NCBI GenBank assembly: GCA_951406725.2
Contig: OX597825.1
Span: forward strand, 86,490,001-86,554,000
Length of the DNA: 64,000 bases
Reading direction: 5' to 3'
Origin: Octopus vulgaris
Taxonomy: Eukaryota
Shown piece by piece: positions 1 through 12,090 of this stretch (the stretch's first letter is position 1; every line of letters begins with the position of its first letter). Below the pieces are notes generated by a model. It saw nothing but the letters and a program-made list of their open reading frames with translations, did no database searches and was not told where the DNA came from. The translations under genes were made by a program, and so were the position numbers.

Positions 1-817
1 TGCATGGATAGGTGTTGCTATAGCAACCAGCTAGATAGGTAGAGAGAGGACGAGAGAAGAAACCCTCCCTTCCTATTCACCATTCATTTATTTAGTCATT
101 TACCATTGTATTGAAATGGATTATACACACACTCCTATGCATGTGTAAATGTGTGTGGGAGGTAGTCAGTTTGGTCAAGACAATTTGATGCCATTATATC
201 TATACCAATTTGAAGATACACAGGCACAAACATGTAGGCACACTGTTTGGTTGTACATAAATTTGATGTCAGTATCTGTACAAGCATAATGGTATGCATG
301 TATAATAAACATAAGGGCACAAACACACACACACATGCATCCATTCAGCTCCTCCAAGCTAATTAGTTGGGTTGTTAAAATGATAATTAGTTGGATAGTT
401 AAAAGGTTAACTAGACAGACTGTTAAAAGGCTAACTTTGCTCAAATCTGTTGTTCCATATGAGAGAGAAATAAGATTACTGCCATGCTTATGGTAGTATT
501 TGAAATATATTGTATTATTGAAGTGAGAAGTGGGAAGATAAGTGATTGCCTTACTTCATGGCTGAATGGTCAATATTAGTAAGTGTAGTCTGTTGTGAAA
601 ACATGTCGATGAAACTATATAGTTATTGAATCGCCAAACAGATCCATTCCTATATTGCCTTCGTTATATTTTCCAAAAATTTCTATTAATCTTAATGGAA
701 TTATTTCCCTTGTTCGTCTTTAGATTTTGAGCCCTCAGAGGGAGTCATTGCCTGCTAAGTGCATGGATTTCATTTCACTGTACTGAATGTGATACTGTAC
801 TCTGAGTAAAATTGGAA

Positions 818-822
<5 letters not shown>

Positions 823-873
<51 letters not shown>
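823..873. repeat. (GA)n microsatellite
   Basis: Uninterrupted GA dinucleotide run. Confidence 0.95.
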
Positions 874-874
<1 letters not shown>

Positions 875-875
875 A

Positions 876-1190
876 GTGAAGGTGTTTTAATGGTTAGAGT
901 GTTTGACTCCCAGTTGTGAGGTCATGGGCTTAATTCTTGGTGGCATGTTGTGTGCTTGAACAAGGCAGTCTATTTCGTGTTGCTTCAGTCCCTTCAGCTG
1001 GCAAAAATGAATAGTTAAAGGCCATCCATGTTACATTCCATGACATGCTGAATCTCCCTGAGAACTTCTGTTAAGGGTACCGTGTGTGTCTGTGGTGTGC
1101 TCAGCCACTTGCATGTTAATTTCACAAGCAAGCTGTTCTGTTGATTGGATAAACAGAACCCTTGTCATCGTAACTGAAGGAGTACCAGTG
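876..1190 (+). mobile_element. tRNA-derived SINE, head type F with tail alpha (decayed)
   Basis: Decayed A/B-box head, core 'tatttcgtgttgcttcagtcccttcagctggcaaaaatga' and tail 'ctcagccacttgcatgttaatttcacaagc', shared with copies at 33113 and 50391. Confidence 0.75.
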
Positions 1191-1861
1191 GCGGGGCGGG
1201 GGAGAAAGAAAGGACCATTACAAAAAACTTTAATAGAATTATAATGTTGTATGTTAAAAGAATAATTGAAATATTTTAAAGTTACTGGTGACTGGATGAG
1301 CATTTGATTTTAGAGATTTGGTTAGGAATCCATTTATTGTGATTGATTTGTTTCTATTTAAACTGTAGTTGTCGTTGGTTCTGGTGGTAATTCTTTTTAC
1401 ATTTTTATACGGCAAATGATTGGGAGAACTTCTGTCATCTTTGACAAATTCAATGTTTTTTTAAGTTTGTTGATTTTATTAAATCATTATTTTAAATTTG
1501 GAAGAATGAAGTTATAAGAAAGTCAAATTGAATTTTGTTTTTCTTATCGTTAAAAAAATGATTATATCCATTTTCCCACCATCTTGTCAGTTATTTTACC
1601 AACAAATTGTTTCAGTTTGAAACACTTTTTATATTGCTAACCACTTCAGATAATGAAGTGGCAGTAATGACATATTCCAGTTGGTCACCCTGAATCAAGC
1701 TCTTTGGGCAGAACCATCGTGAGGCTTGCTACAATGGAATTCATACCCTGACACTGAGTAATCCAACTGTAGCTAGCTCCAGGTTTTATTTAAGTGTTTT
1801 ATGCTACCCTCTTTTTGTAGTCCCTTTCTCCAGGTAATTGTATACTAATTGATGCATGCTT

Positions 1862-2545
1862 CAGAACTTTGCTTTCCAGCCAGGTGATTGCGGGTCCAGT
1901 TCCACTGTGTGACATCTTGGGCAAGCATCTTCTGCTATAGAACTCTACTGACCAAAACTTTGTGAGTGAATTTAGTAGAGAGAAACTGAAAGAAGCCCAT
2001 TATGTGTGTGGTGTGTGTGATGTATGTATGTGCGTGTGTATGTATGTGTGCATGTATGTGTGCATGTGTGTATGTATGTGTGCATGTATGTGTGTGCATG
2101 TATGTGTGTGTGTATGTGTGTGTGTATGTGTGTGTGTGTATGTGTGTATGTGTGTGTGTATGTATGTGTATATGTATATGTGTGTGTGTATATATGTATA
2201 TGTGTGTGCGTATGTGTGTGTATATATATGTGTGTATGTGTGTGTATATATGTGTGTATATATCTATGTATGTGTATATATTGTGTATGTAAGTGTATAT
2301 ATTTGTGTGTGTATGTGTGTGCACGTGTGTGTGTGCGTGCACTCTGCAAAAGTTGCTTGTTACAAGTGATAATGTTATCAGTTCTTTCGACAAATCATCC
2401 GCTTGCTTTGGGCCTTCAAAAATGTGCGAATGATCTTGTAAGGGTCAGCAAGAGATGGACATCTAGCTGTAAACCAATGCTTCAACAATATATTCACCTA
2501 ATCCTTGTTAGCTTGGGAAAATGGAATGGACATAAAGTGATGTGC
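1862..2545 (+). mobile_element. tRNA-derived SINE, head type B, with expanded internal (TG/TATG)n and RTE-type 3' tail
   Basis: Head 'ccagttccactgtgtgacatcttgggcaagc...gaaactgaaagaagccc', a ~340-bp compound TG repeat (2002-2340), then a decayed tail 'ggacatctagctgtaaa...ggacataaagtgatg'. Confidence 0.65.
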
Positions 2546-2547
2546 AT

Positions 2548-2590
<43 letters not shown>

Positions 2591-3440
2591 CACCACTCAC
2601 TCTAATTCTCTATATTGCATGTTTTGCCAATGAAGGTTTGTTATTCTCTAGAAGATTTGAATAAATTTTATTAGGTTTAGGGATTGTAAAGAATCACAAA
2701 GGTCCCGAAAAGACAAAAATAATAATAATAAACAATAATTTAGAATAAATTCATATTTGTTCTCTAATTAGCAATGAAGAGGAAAGATAAACCTGATAAG
2801 ACCCATGGAGCAGGGACTGTGACGTCAAGGTATTTAATGTGTAACATCCCTTCTGAGCTGCTGACTTGTTTTATTTTTTTCATCCAGTATGAAGTCTGTG
2901 TGTGTTGAGCCATTTCTTTCCTTTTTTTTCCCTCCCCTCTAAATATAGTAAAAGAATGTGTAATGGGTGTTCCAGATAAGTGCCTCTCTACAGCTGGATG
3001 ATAACTGTAGTTATCATACTATATAACCCGGGAGAAGAAGTTGACTCATCCTTACTGCTCCCTCCCTGGCTTCTTATTGAATTACAAACCTGCACCAATT
3101 CCTGCGGTCCTGTACATGTGGCTGGTTCTATAGTGCTGCGCTGGTGAAGCAGACAGCTGCCTGGCAAGGGTTCAACATAGGGGGGGGGGAGGTGCATGAT
3201 GGTAGTAGTGGTGGCAGAGTGGAAGAAGATGAGAAATAAATTTCTTAGGAATTAGGTCAGTGTATTGAACATGTATAGAGTATTTTATTAGGTCTGAATG
3301 AATCAACATACAACACCCACCCAGCCCTTCCTTTTCACAGATACTATACATTCTACCTTTTTACCCCACCCCCACCCTCTGCACCCCAATTACTAAAGTA
3401 TCTTATCTGGAGTGAAATCTGCCTGAAACTGAATTTCCTC

Positions 3441-3665
3441 TTCTTCTTCTTCTTCTTCTTCTTCTTCTTCTTCTTCTTCTTCTTCTTCTTCTTCTTCTTC
3501 TTCTTCTTCTTCTTCTTCTTCTTCTTCTTCTTCTTCTTCTTCTTCTTCTTCTTCTTCTTCTTCTTCTTCTTCTTCTTCTTCTTCTTCTTCTTCTTCTTCT
3601 TCTTCTTCTTCTTCTTCTTCTTCTTCTTCTTCTTCTTCTTCTTCTTCTTCTTCTTCTTCTTCTTC
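3441..3665. repeat. Perfect (TTC)75 / (GAA)75 trinucleotide tract
   Basis: 225 bp of uninterrupted TTC; produces the spurious poly-E and poly-R ORFs. Confidence 0.97.
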
Positions 3666-4054
3666 CACTTGGGTCTTCAGGACCATTTGTTGTAGCACTT
3701 CTCTCCCTTCCACTCCATATTATTATTATTTTATTTACTAATCTCTCTCTCTCCCCCCAACACACACACACACACACACACATTCTGATGTTCACCCAGT
3801 ATGTTGTTGTATAGGACTGCTTGGTGAGAGTGATGATGATGATGGTGGTGGTGGTGGGGATCAATGACTAAGTCACCAACTGTCTTTTCAAAAAGTCCCC
3901 TCCCCACTGGGATATTGTGATATTCATTCATCTCCATCTCTCTTTTTTTCCCTCCCTCTTTCTCTGCTGTCATATTCCATTTCTATTTATACACCAGAAC
4001 TCCATGCTCCAGTTATTGTCTTATCTCTACACACACTGCTTACTCAGGTTAGCT

Positions 4055-4084
<30 letters not shown>

Positions 4085-4086
<2 letters not shown>

Positions 4087-4300
4087 TAGTTGTTGTTGTT
4101 TAGCCCCAGGTCAACCATGATTGAGCACATCTATGATCAAAGGCATTCTAGCTATGATCATCCTTTCTTTTTTTTCTACCAGACACCTAGGACTGCATTG
4201 TATAATGTGTCTTGTTTATTTTAAGATGATGTGATGTAATTTAAAAGAGATTTGACTACTATTTGTAGCAGGTCAAGTAACTAAATGCAAGTTCTCTGAG
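4085..4300 (-). mobile_element. Dispersed ~200-bp repeat family D (probable non-LTR 3' end/SINE with (CAA)n tail)
   Basis: 'ttgttgtttagccccaggtca...tatgatcaaaggcattc...gagatttgactactattt' recurs near 10900, 14815, 19070, 21960, 37250, 38790, 39020, 56350 and inverted near 14020, 20790/21140, 24050, 41480, 54450. Confidence 0.75.
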
Positions 4301-4359
4301 GAGTCTAATGTGGAGTGAAATGGGTTATAACTCTTTGTGTTGGATCTGATCTGATCCAA

Positions 4360-4507
4360 GTAAGCCATGGGGGGAAATATGATCTTGCTTAGAAACAGAT
4401 GGGGGTTGGTAACAGGAAGGGCATCAGGCTGTAGAAAATCTGCTGGAACAAATTCCATCTTGTCCATGCAAGTATGAAAAAGTGGAGGTTAAAAGGATGA
4501 TGGTGAT
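4360..4507 (+). mobile_element. SINE/LINE 3' tail of RTE type
   Basis: 'aggaagggcatcaggctgtagaaaatctg...ccatgcaagtatgaaaaagtggaggttaaaaggatgatg' resembles the 3' end of the RTE LINE at 6464. Confidence 0.7.
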
Positions 4508-6629
4508 AGGAAAGATTCTTTTGTGTATTGCCCTGGAAAGCTGAATGTGCTGCTGGGACATAGTTTGTTATAAACCTGGTATCAATCCAGGAGGACTGTT
4601 TTTTGAAATTCCCCATCCGACCAATCAACAGACTTTTTGAAAATCCACCTTGCCCATCAAGGAAGGGCCTGTTTCCTTTGATGCATAACAGGTTTTAGTG
4701 ATTCAATTCCTTCTATTAATAATTTAGACAGGATATAGTTTCTTTATTAATTTTTCTTTTTAATTTGTTTCTAACACTAAATGCAGTGTCATTAAAGTAT
4801 AGTGATATGATTGTAGCATTTTGGCCTGTGTCTAACATTGCAGTTTTAACTTACAAACAGAACATGGCTGTGTACAGCCTGGGAATAAGCAACGAGTGGA
4901 TCTCTGGAATGGATTATCTTTTCTTGCCATGAACCATCGACAGAAACACACTGCAGATCTCTAATTGATGTTTCTCACTTTACATCCTGATTTCAATTAC
5001 ATCAGTTGCTATGGTATCTGCTGTCCCTGTTGCATAATCATTTCCGATATTTTTCTAACTGGACAGTTATTGATGTTGTGTTATTACTGTTGTGTTTCAA
5101 CTGAAAGCATGTAAAATGAGACGTACTTGTTGACCAAAAAAACATAGCCAGCTCTTTAACTTGTTGCTGCAAACTAAATCCTATTAGGATCATTTATTTA
5201 TTTTCGTTGTAAAATCATTAAAATATCTTTTTCTTTTTTTTTGTAATTGTTCTTTTAATCAATCTCATGAAAATCTGCATTTATTTTTCATTGTGACTCA
5301 ATTATTTGTTGATTTAGAAAAATAAGATTATAGAAAATGCTAATGTTATTTTGTATTTTGTTAAAATTGATGACTGTTGAACTTAAGTAGGGAAAAAAGG
5401 TGTATACATCCAAGTAGACTGTGGAAATAAGAGTGTAGCTTTATAGGAGGAAAAGATTTTGAGGTATTGTTTTAAAAAATGTAGGATATAATTTGTCATC
5501 TATCCCACCCATTGTACATTTTGGTATATTTGCTTGGTAATTCTCCCATCACTATGACAAATGTGACAAATTCTTTGTTTAGCTGATGAGGTTATAATAA
5601 GACCAAAATATACTCAAAGTTGTCTTCCATATTTACTGAAATAAATTATCAGTGATAAATATTTTTTTTCCTCACTGCATAATTATTTCTAATTAACTTG
5701 TTAATGTTCCTATCATTAAAATAATATTGTTATTCACTTTACATACTAATTTATAAATAGATCAAGGGCTGTAGATGATTTTTAATAGCTGAAGATCTGT
5801 TTGTGTATTATGGTATTTCTATCTGTGATGTTGTATCAAGGACAAATCTAGGGTGATGGATTGGCAGAAATGTTAGTGAATCAGAAAATATGTCTTGTGC
5901 CAACTGTTCTGGTTCTTTAGGTTTTGACAGCAATGCTTTTGGCACTGCTGCTACCAAATTGTATCAACCCAAGTTGGTAACTTTTCCCTTGGCATAGAGA
6001 AGAAAGACTGCATTCCAAAGTAACCACTGGTTTTCTTCTTGTCCAGGCCTCTGCATACAAGCGCAGAAGTGTGGTCAACTTTGACTGATGACTGAGGCCC
6101 TATACATTATGTGGTTTGATATAAGGGTAATCATGGGGGAGTGCAGCATTCTAAATGTTAGAGTTGTGTTCTGTAGTGGCTGCAATATCTCAAGGGTGAG
6201 TCTACAGCTTGTTTGTATGGAATGGCTAAATGTTGACTTTGAAGTGGAATCAGATTTTACTGGTTTTCTTTTTCTCTCATGTTTCCATGTGGCTCCATTA
6301 TCTCCAGTTGGCAAATGTTTGCAAAAGCAATGCTGGGATGTGAAATAAATATTTTGATTTCCTTTAATCTAATTATGATTCATTAAGAACAATTCTGATC
6401 CCTCCTAACCATAAAGAATATGGGTTCTCAATTGAAAATATGATGATCAAAGGTTGGGGTGAGATCATCATCATGATTGTTGTTTAACATTTGCTTTCCA
6501 TGCTGGCATGGGTTGGATAGTTTGACTGAGAACTGGCAAACCAGGAGGCTGCATCAAGCTCTAATCTGATCTGGCAAGGTTTCTACAGCTGGATGCCCTT
6601 CCTAATGCCAACCACTCCAAGAGTGTTGT

Positions 6630-6980
6630 GGGTGCTTTTACGTGCCACCAGCACAGGAGCCAGTCAGGTGGCACTGGCATTGGTCATGCTTGAATGGTGC
6701 TTTTTATGTGCCAGTTGGGCAGCATTAGCATCGGCCACACTCAAATGGTGCTTTTTATGTGCCACTGGCATGAGTACCAGTCAAGTGGCAATGGCATCTG
6801 CCACACTCGAATGGTGCATTTTACATGCCACCAGCACTGGTGCCAGTCAGGTGGTACTGGCATCGGCCACTACTCCAATTTCATTCGGTTCAACAGATCT
6901 TCCCAAGCATGGCTTATTGCCCAATGATTGAAAGGTGCTTTTAAACGGGCCAGTTATGTGACACTGGCATCATCCACGAC
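6630..6980. repeat. ~65-bp tandem repeat (4-5 diverged units) within the LINE 3' UTR
   Basis: Unit 'gtgcttttacgtgccaccagcacaggagccagtcaggtggcactggcat..' restarts near 6632, 6697, 6748, 6814, partially 6935; the same unit is seen in the copy at 58415. Confidence 0.85.
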
Positions 6981-8339
6981 TATGATCTAACGTAGCTTGC
7001 TGGGTCTTCTTGAGCATGGCATATCTCCAAAGGTCTTGATTGCTTGTCATTGCCTCTGTGAGGCCCAGTGATCGAAAGTCACGCTTCACCACCTCATCCC
7101 ATATCTTCCTGGGTCTACCTCTTCCACAGGTTCCTTCCACTGTTTTGGGTGTGACTCTTCCTCTCACAACTGTCCTCATCCATATGTATCACGTGACCAT
7201 ACCAGCGTAGTCATCTCTCTTGCACACCACAACGGATGATTCCTATGTCCAACGTTTCTCTCAGGGTGCTTATACTCTGTTGTGTATGCACAGTGACAAT
7301 ACTCATCCAACGGAGAATACTAGCTTCATTTCTTTGAAGCCTACACATGTCCTCAGCAGTCATGGCCCATGTTTCACTGCCATGTAGCATGCCTGATTGC
7401 ACATAGGCATCATACAGTCTACCTTTCACTCTGAGCGAGAGGCCCTTTGTTGCCAGTAGAGGTAGGAGCTTTCTGAACTTTGTCCAGGTTATTCTTATTT
7501 TAGCAGCTACGCTCTCAGAGCATCCAACCCTGCAACTGACTTGTCACTTAGGTAACGGAAACTATCAACTACTTTTAGTTTTTCTCCCTTGGCATGTGAT
7601 GGAATCAGTTTTCTGTACATCTTTCGTTTTTATTGCACATGTGCATGTGTCATGCACAAAAACTATCTTCCTAGTTAACTTTCTTTTGATATTGCTGCAC
7701 CTCTTATGTGTCCATAGGTTACACCAGGTATGTCTTATGGAGTTTTTACCTATGCCTTTTCTACAGATCAAGCAGGGTCATCTACCTGAAGGGATTTGTG
7801 GTTTGTCTGCCCTCCTATTTATTAAGACTTTGTTTTTTGTTAGATTGACTTTAATGTCCTTCAATTCTAGACCTTGCTTCCACACCTGAGACTTCTTCTC
7901 TAGTTCTGGTAGTGAGCAAGGTTATCAGCATAGCGGAGCTCCTAGGAGCAGCCTGTCTTGAATTCCTCTGTTATTGCCTGGAGGACTATGATGAGCAAGA
8001 GAGGGCTGAACACTGATCCTTGGTGAATCCCTACTTCTATCTGGAATTCTTCACTATACTTTTTGCTAACCCTCACCTTACTGACAGTATCTCTGTACAT
8101 GGCTTGTACAGCTCTCACCAACCACTCATCTATCCCTAGTTTTTGCATTGACTACCAGATAAGGAATCAGGGGACCCTGTCAAAATCTTTCTCCATGCCG
8201 ACAAAAGCCAAGTACAGAGGTATATCTTTGGCTATGAATTTCTCTTGCAGCTGTCTTACTAGAAATATAGCATCAGTGGTGCTTCTCCCTGGCACAAACC
8301 CAAACTATATCTCATCCAAACTAACTCTCTCTCTAATTA

Positions 8340-9622
8340 TTAGGTTGTCAAGAAAGTTCTTGCAGTTTTTAACCTTTAAATTCAGATGTACACATCTCAG
8401 CTCAAACAAAACATTATTAATCAAAATAAACACCATAAGAATCAACACACTTTTGCCAATGTAAAACAAGTTTATTTATACCAGTAGTGTAAAAATCCTG
8501 CATTCTGGTGGCGATGAAGTCATTGAAGGCGTGTTTGGCATCATCTTGGTTTTTGAAGCATTTCCCATGCAGTAAGTTGTCAACATGCTTGAAAAAGTGG
8601 TAGTCGGTAGGCAAGAGGTCTGGTGAGTATGGCGGATGAGGCAGTTTCGTAGCCCAATTTGTTCAACTTCTGCAGGGTCAGTTGTGCGACATGTGGCTGA
8701 GCATTATTGTGAAGAAAAATTGGTCCTTTTCTATTGACCAATGGTGGCTGTTGTCAGAGTTTCTTATGCATTTCATCCATTTGCTGACAGTACTTCTCCG
8801 CCGCATTGGTTTCGCCTGGATCCAAAAAGCTGTGATGGATGAGACCAGCCGCAAATCACCAAACAGTCACCATGACCTTCTTTTGGTGCAACTTTGGCTT
8901 TGGGAAGTGCTGTGGAGCTTCGTCGGTGTCCAACCACTGAGCTGAGCATCGCTAGTTGTTGTAAAGAATCCACTTTACATCACAAGTCACAATCTGGTTA
9001 AGAAACAGGTCATTCTTGTTGCATAAAAGAAGGGAAGACGACACTTCAAAACGGGTTTTTCTTTTTGGTTGTAGTTCAATTCGTGTGGCACCCATTTCTC
9101 AAGTATTTTTGTTTTTCCAATCTCTTTCAAGTGGTTGGAAATTGTCGTATATCTTACGTCTAATTTAGAAGCCAGCTCTCAAACAGTTGTGTGTGGATTG
9201 GCTTCAACTAAGTCTTTTAGTTGATCGTTGTCAACATCTGATGGGCGACCACTATGCTTATCATCTTCAAGACTCTCGTCACCACTACAAAGTTTCTTGA
9301 ACCACCATTGTGCTGTATGTTCATTAGTGGTTCCTGGGCCAAACACATCATTGATATCGTGAGCTGTTTCAGCAGCTTTTCAGCCTAGCTAGAACTGGAA
9401 TAAGAAAATTGTGTGAATTTGCTTTTTATCTATGTTGTATTCAATGTTCTGGAAAAAATGTCCTAATTATTCAAAAAGAAAATGAGTAACACGATTAGAT
9501 AGAGTGTAAAACGGGCCTTAAATTGATATACAAAGTCAAAGTAATTTAACGATAATTTATCTGAAAATACATCATTTAAAACAAAAATTCAAAATTCTGC
9601 AAGAACTTTCTTGACAACCTAA
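8340..9622 (-). mobile_element. Full-length (1283 bp) mariner transposon, Hsmar1/cecropia-like, defective
   Basis: Perfect 26-bp TIRs ttaggttgtcaagaaagttcttgcag (8340-8365) and ctgcaagaactttcttgacaacctaa (9597-9622); TA duplication at 8338-8339 and 9623-9624. Confidence 0.96.
8417..9435 (-). pseudogene. Mariner DD34D transposase pseudogene
   Basis: DKKQIHTIFLFQF*LG*KAAETA N-terminus, KWVPHEL (~9077-9097), HPPYSPDL (~8615-8638), PTDYHFFKHVDNLL...WQKCVDSYGVYFD stop; in-frame stops present. Confidence 0.93.
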
Positions 9623-9849
9623 TAGTTGGGCTATGACCCTTTCATCACCTGATCCAACAATTGGGTCTCAATTTCTTGTGTTGTTTTTACACATACACTC
9701 ACATTCATGCTACAAAAATCCTTGTAATTTTCAAAAAATCCTGTTTTATTTCTTGTTAGCCACATGTAAAGTAAAACGAATTTGGCATCATTTGGCACCA
9801 AACAAAACTGGTGATGATAATTTTGACAGTCTGATAATGAAATAATTGG

Positions 9850-10500
9850 TCAAGAACTGCTGACTTAGATGTTCCACTTGAGAAGATGAATTTTAATGAT
9901 TGCTCTTGACCAAAAGTTTCTGACTTCAGCTCCACATGCACCTCTCTGTGTTCCACTTTTGACTATCCACCCTCTGACCAATTTGGGACACACCTACAAC
10001 ATCCTCGTCTAGCACATCTTGTTAGCATGATTCAAATATACTCCATGTCTGTTAACTTATGATTCATCTTACTGATTTGGCCTCTTCAAGATTAGCATCT
10101 TATCTGTCACGTTACTCTTTTACAGTATGGCAGCTTGTATACAAAATAATTACTATTTATAAAATAGCTCCTGTTAGTCATGAGGTTCTTGTTTTTTTCT
10201 GCATCTTTCCTAAAAACTTCAAATTTGTTTACCACATTACGTGCCTGCGGGTTTCAGTTTTCACAGTTTGGTCCTAGATTACAGACAGATTTAAGGAATC
10301 TGTCATTGACATCCACACATGTTTATTTCACAACCAATATTTCGCTGGTCTCATTATCTAGAAATAATCTTGACGTAATGTTTCTTGAGATAAAGAGAGC
10401 TGCTCAACGTCACTGATATTCATCTTCGGTTGTGATTAGTGGAAACTGATAAAATTCCTTGCACGAATGTTGACAATGATACATGCAAACTGTCTTTCAT
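9850..10500 (-). pseudogene. Possible ancient hAT-type transposase fossil
   Basis: Minus strand reads FPLITTED/NISDVEQLSL...LRQDYF, loosely resembling the hAT/ZMYM1 'DETTDIS..EQLS' block; heavily decayed. Confidence 0.25.
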
Positions 10501-11119
10501 TTAAATATTAGCATTAAAATGTTACGTCCCACCATCAATGTTGACATACATAAATTATAGAGTTAGAACCCATCTCCTATCAGAATGAGGATTATATCAC
10601 ATGTGAGATATATTTAAAATTTGTGAAAGAGAACTAATAATGGTGCACCATCAGGAGGTTTGCATATTTTTTAATGTTTGTGTTGCATAATAGTAAAACA
10701 AAGATTAAGAAAAATAATTTGCTGGAGAATGGCAGGAAATATGTAATATAAATCTAATCTATTTATTGATTGATAGTAGATCTGTGGATATAATCTGATA
10801 TATTTATAATGATCAACTTGATTAATTAGAAATATCTTTTGAGTTAGGGCCCTATTTTTGTACATTTGGTTTCTCAGTTCAGAAAATTGATTCTGTCACC
10901 ATTTCTTTTTTGTTTTTAGTTTCTGTTTACCATTGTTTAGTCCCAGATTCATGATCAGAGATGTTTTAGCCATGATCATCTCATCCAGACCATGTTATCT
11001 AATGTAACTTTCAATTTTAAAAACAGTTGATATCTCTCTCTCATGTGTGCGGTTGTTAAGGAAGATGACTTTGAGTTGACTACATTACAAAAGTAAAGAA
11101 ATATGTATGATGATAATTA

Positions 11120-11340
11120 TAATCCTTTCTAATTTTGGCACAAGACCTGCAATTTTGAGGGGAAGAGAAAGTCGATTACACCAACCCCAGTACTTGACTG
11201 AATCTTATTTTATTGACCCTGAAAGGATGCAATGCAAAGTTGGCTTCTACAGAATTTGCGCTCAGAAGGTAAAGAGCCAATAGGAATGACTTTAGGCATT
11301 TTATCTCGTGTGCTAATGATTCTACCAGTTTGCCATATTA
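11120..11340 (-). mobile_element. SINE family A
   Basis: 'tattttattgaccctgaaaggatg...aaagttggcttctacagaatttgcgctcagaa' is the reverse complement of the family A core. Confidence 0.8.
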
Positions 11341-12035
11341 ATAATAATATTAATAATGATAATAATGATGATGATGATAATGTCATTAACAGGTGGACTT
11401 CCTATTTGACAAGATGCTGACTATAATTTGATGTAACCAATCTGCTATATTTATGTAGCAAATCTTGCATTTTATAAACATAATTCACAAATATTTATTA
11501 GGATGAGTGAACAGAGGTCTTTATCCAGCACACCACACCCTAAATACATGCTCTTAACAAGGATACCTCCTACCTACTTATGATCAATCATTTCTGTTAC
11601 ACTTTATTAACATCACCAGGAAGTCTCCATATTTCTTCATCTTCTTATATTTATTTTTGCTCAGTCACCACATGGAAAAGATTATTTTTTTTATTTTAGG
11701 ACATGTTGAAGTCCCAGATGATATTTCCTTCTATTTATACTCTAGACTATGCAGTTCCATCTTCTTGGAAAGATACAAAATATTTCAAGTCTGTGATAAG
11801 ACCAACAGACATTTGGTACTTGGCCCATTAACAGTTCCAGCTCATTGAAATATTTTTTTTATTTATAGTGAAACTGATCTAAATATTGCTTTGGTAAAGT
11901 TTGGTTTATCAGCTGTTGGAATATTTGTTTATCCTCAAATCAACATTAATCCACCAGACTTACAATCAAAACAGTTCTAGTTGCGACCATCCTGCCTGAA
12001 AAAAGTTCAGGCCTTGGGCTTAGAGTAAAACAAAC

Positions 12036-12036
<1 letters not shown>

Positions 12037-12084
<48 letters not shown>

Positions 12085-12090
12085 ATTATT
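12037..12090. repeat. (TTA)n microsatellite
   Basis: TTA run immediately before a SINE A copy. Confidence 0.9.

Larger units (their letters stand above)
6464..9662 (-). mobile_element. 5'-truncated, decayed RTE-clade LINE (reverse transcriptase, 3' UTR, (GAT)n tail), interrupted by a mariner at 8340-9622
   Basis: Minus-strand RT fragments: LLDQVM..RVIAQL|IRERVSLDE..FGFVPGRSTTDAIFLVRQLQEKF, GIHQGSVFSPLL, ELRYADNL (YADD motif), KGRLYDAYVQSGMLHGSETW, GRGRPRKIWDEVV; many stops and frameshifts. Confidence 0.92.

Noticed and set aside
1935-2605. Long ORFs rich in HT/VC/YI
   Set aside because: Translations of TG/CA microsatellites; no coding signal.
3393-3864. Poly-Glu and poly-Arg ORFs
   Set aside because: Artefacts of the (TTC)n tract.
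6630-6980. CRISPR-like periodic array and the 112-aa ORF over it
   Set aside because: Units are diverged whole-unit tandem copies without unique spacers, inside a LINE UTR; no cas genes; eukaryotic context.
6421-9675. tgggt(t)ctcaatt on both sides of the LINE as a TSD
   Set aside because: The left copy lies about 30 bp away from the tail, so it cannot be called a TSD with confidence.
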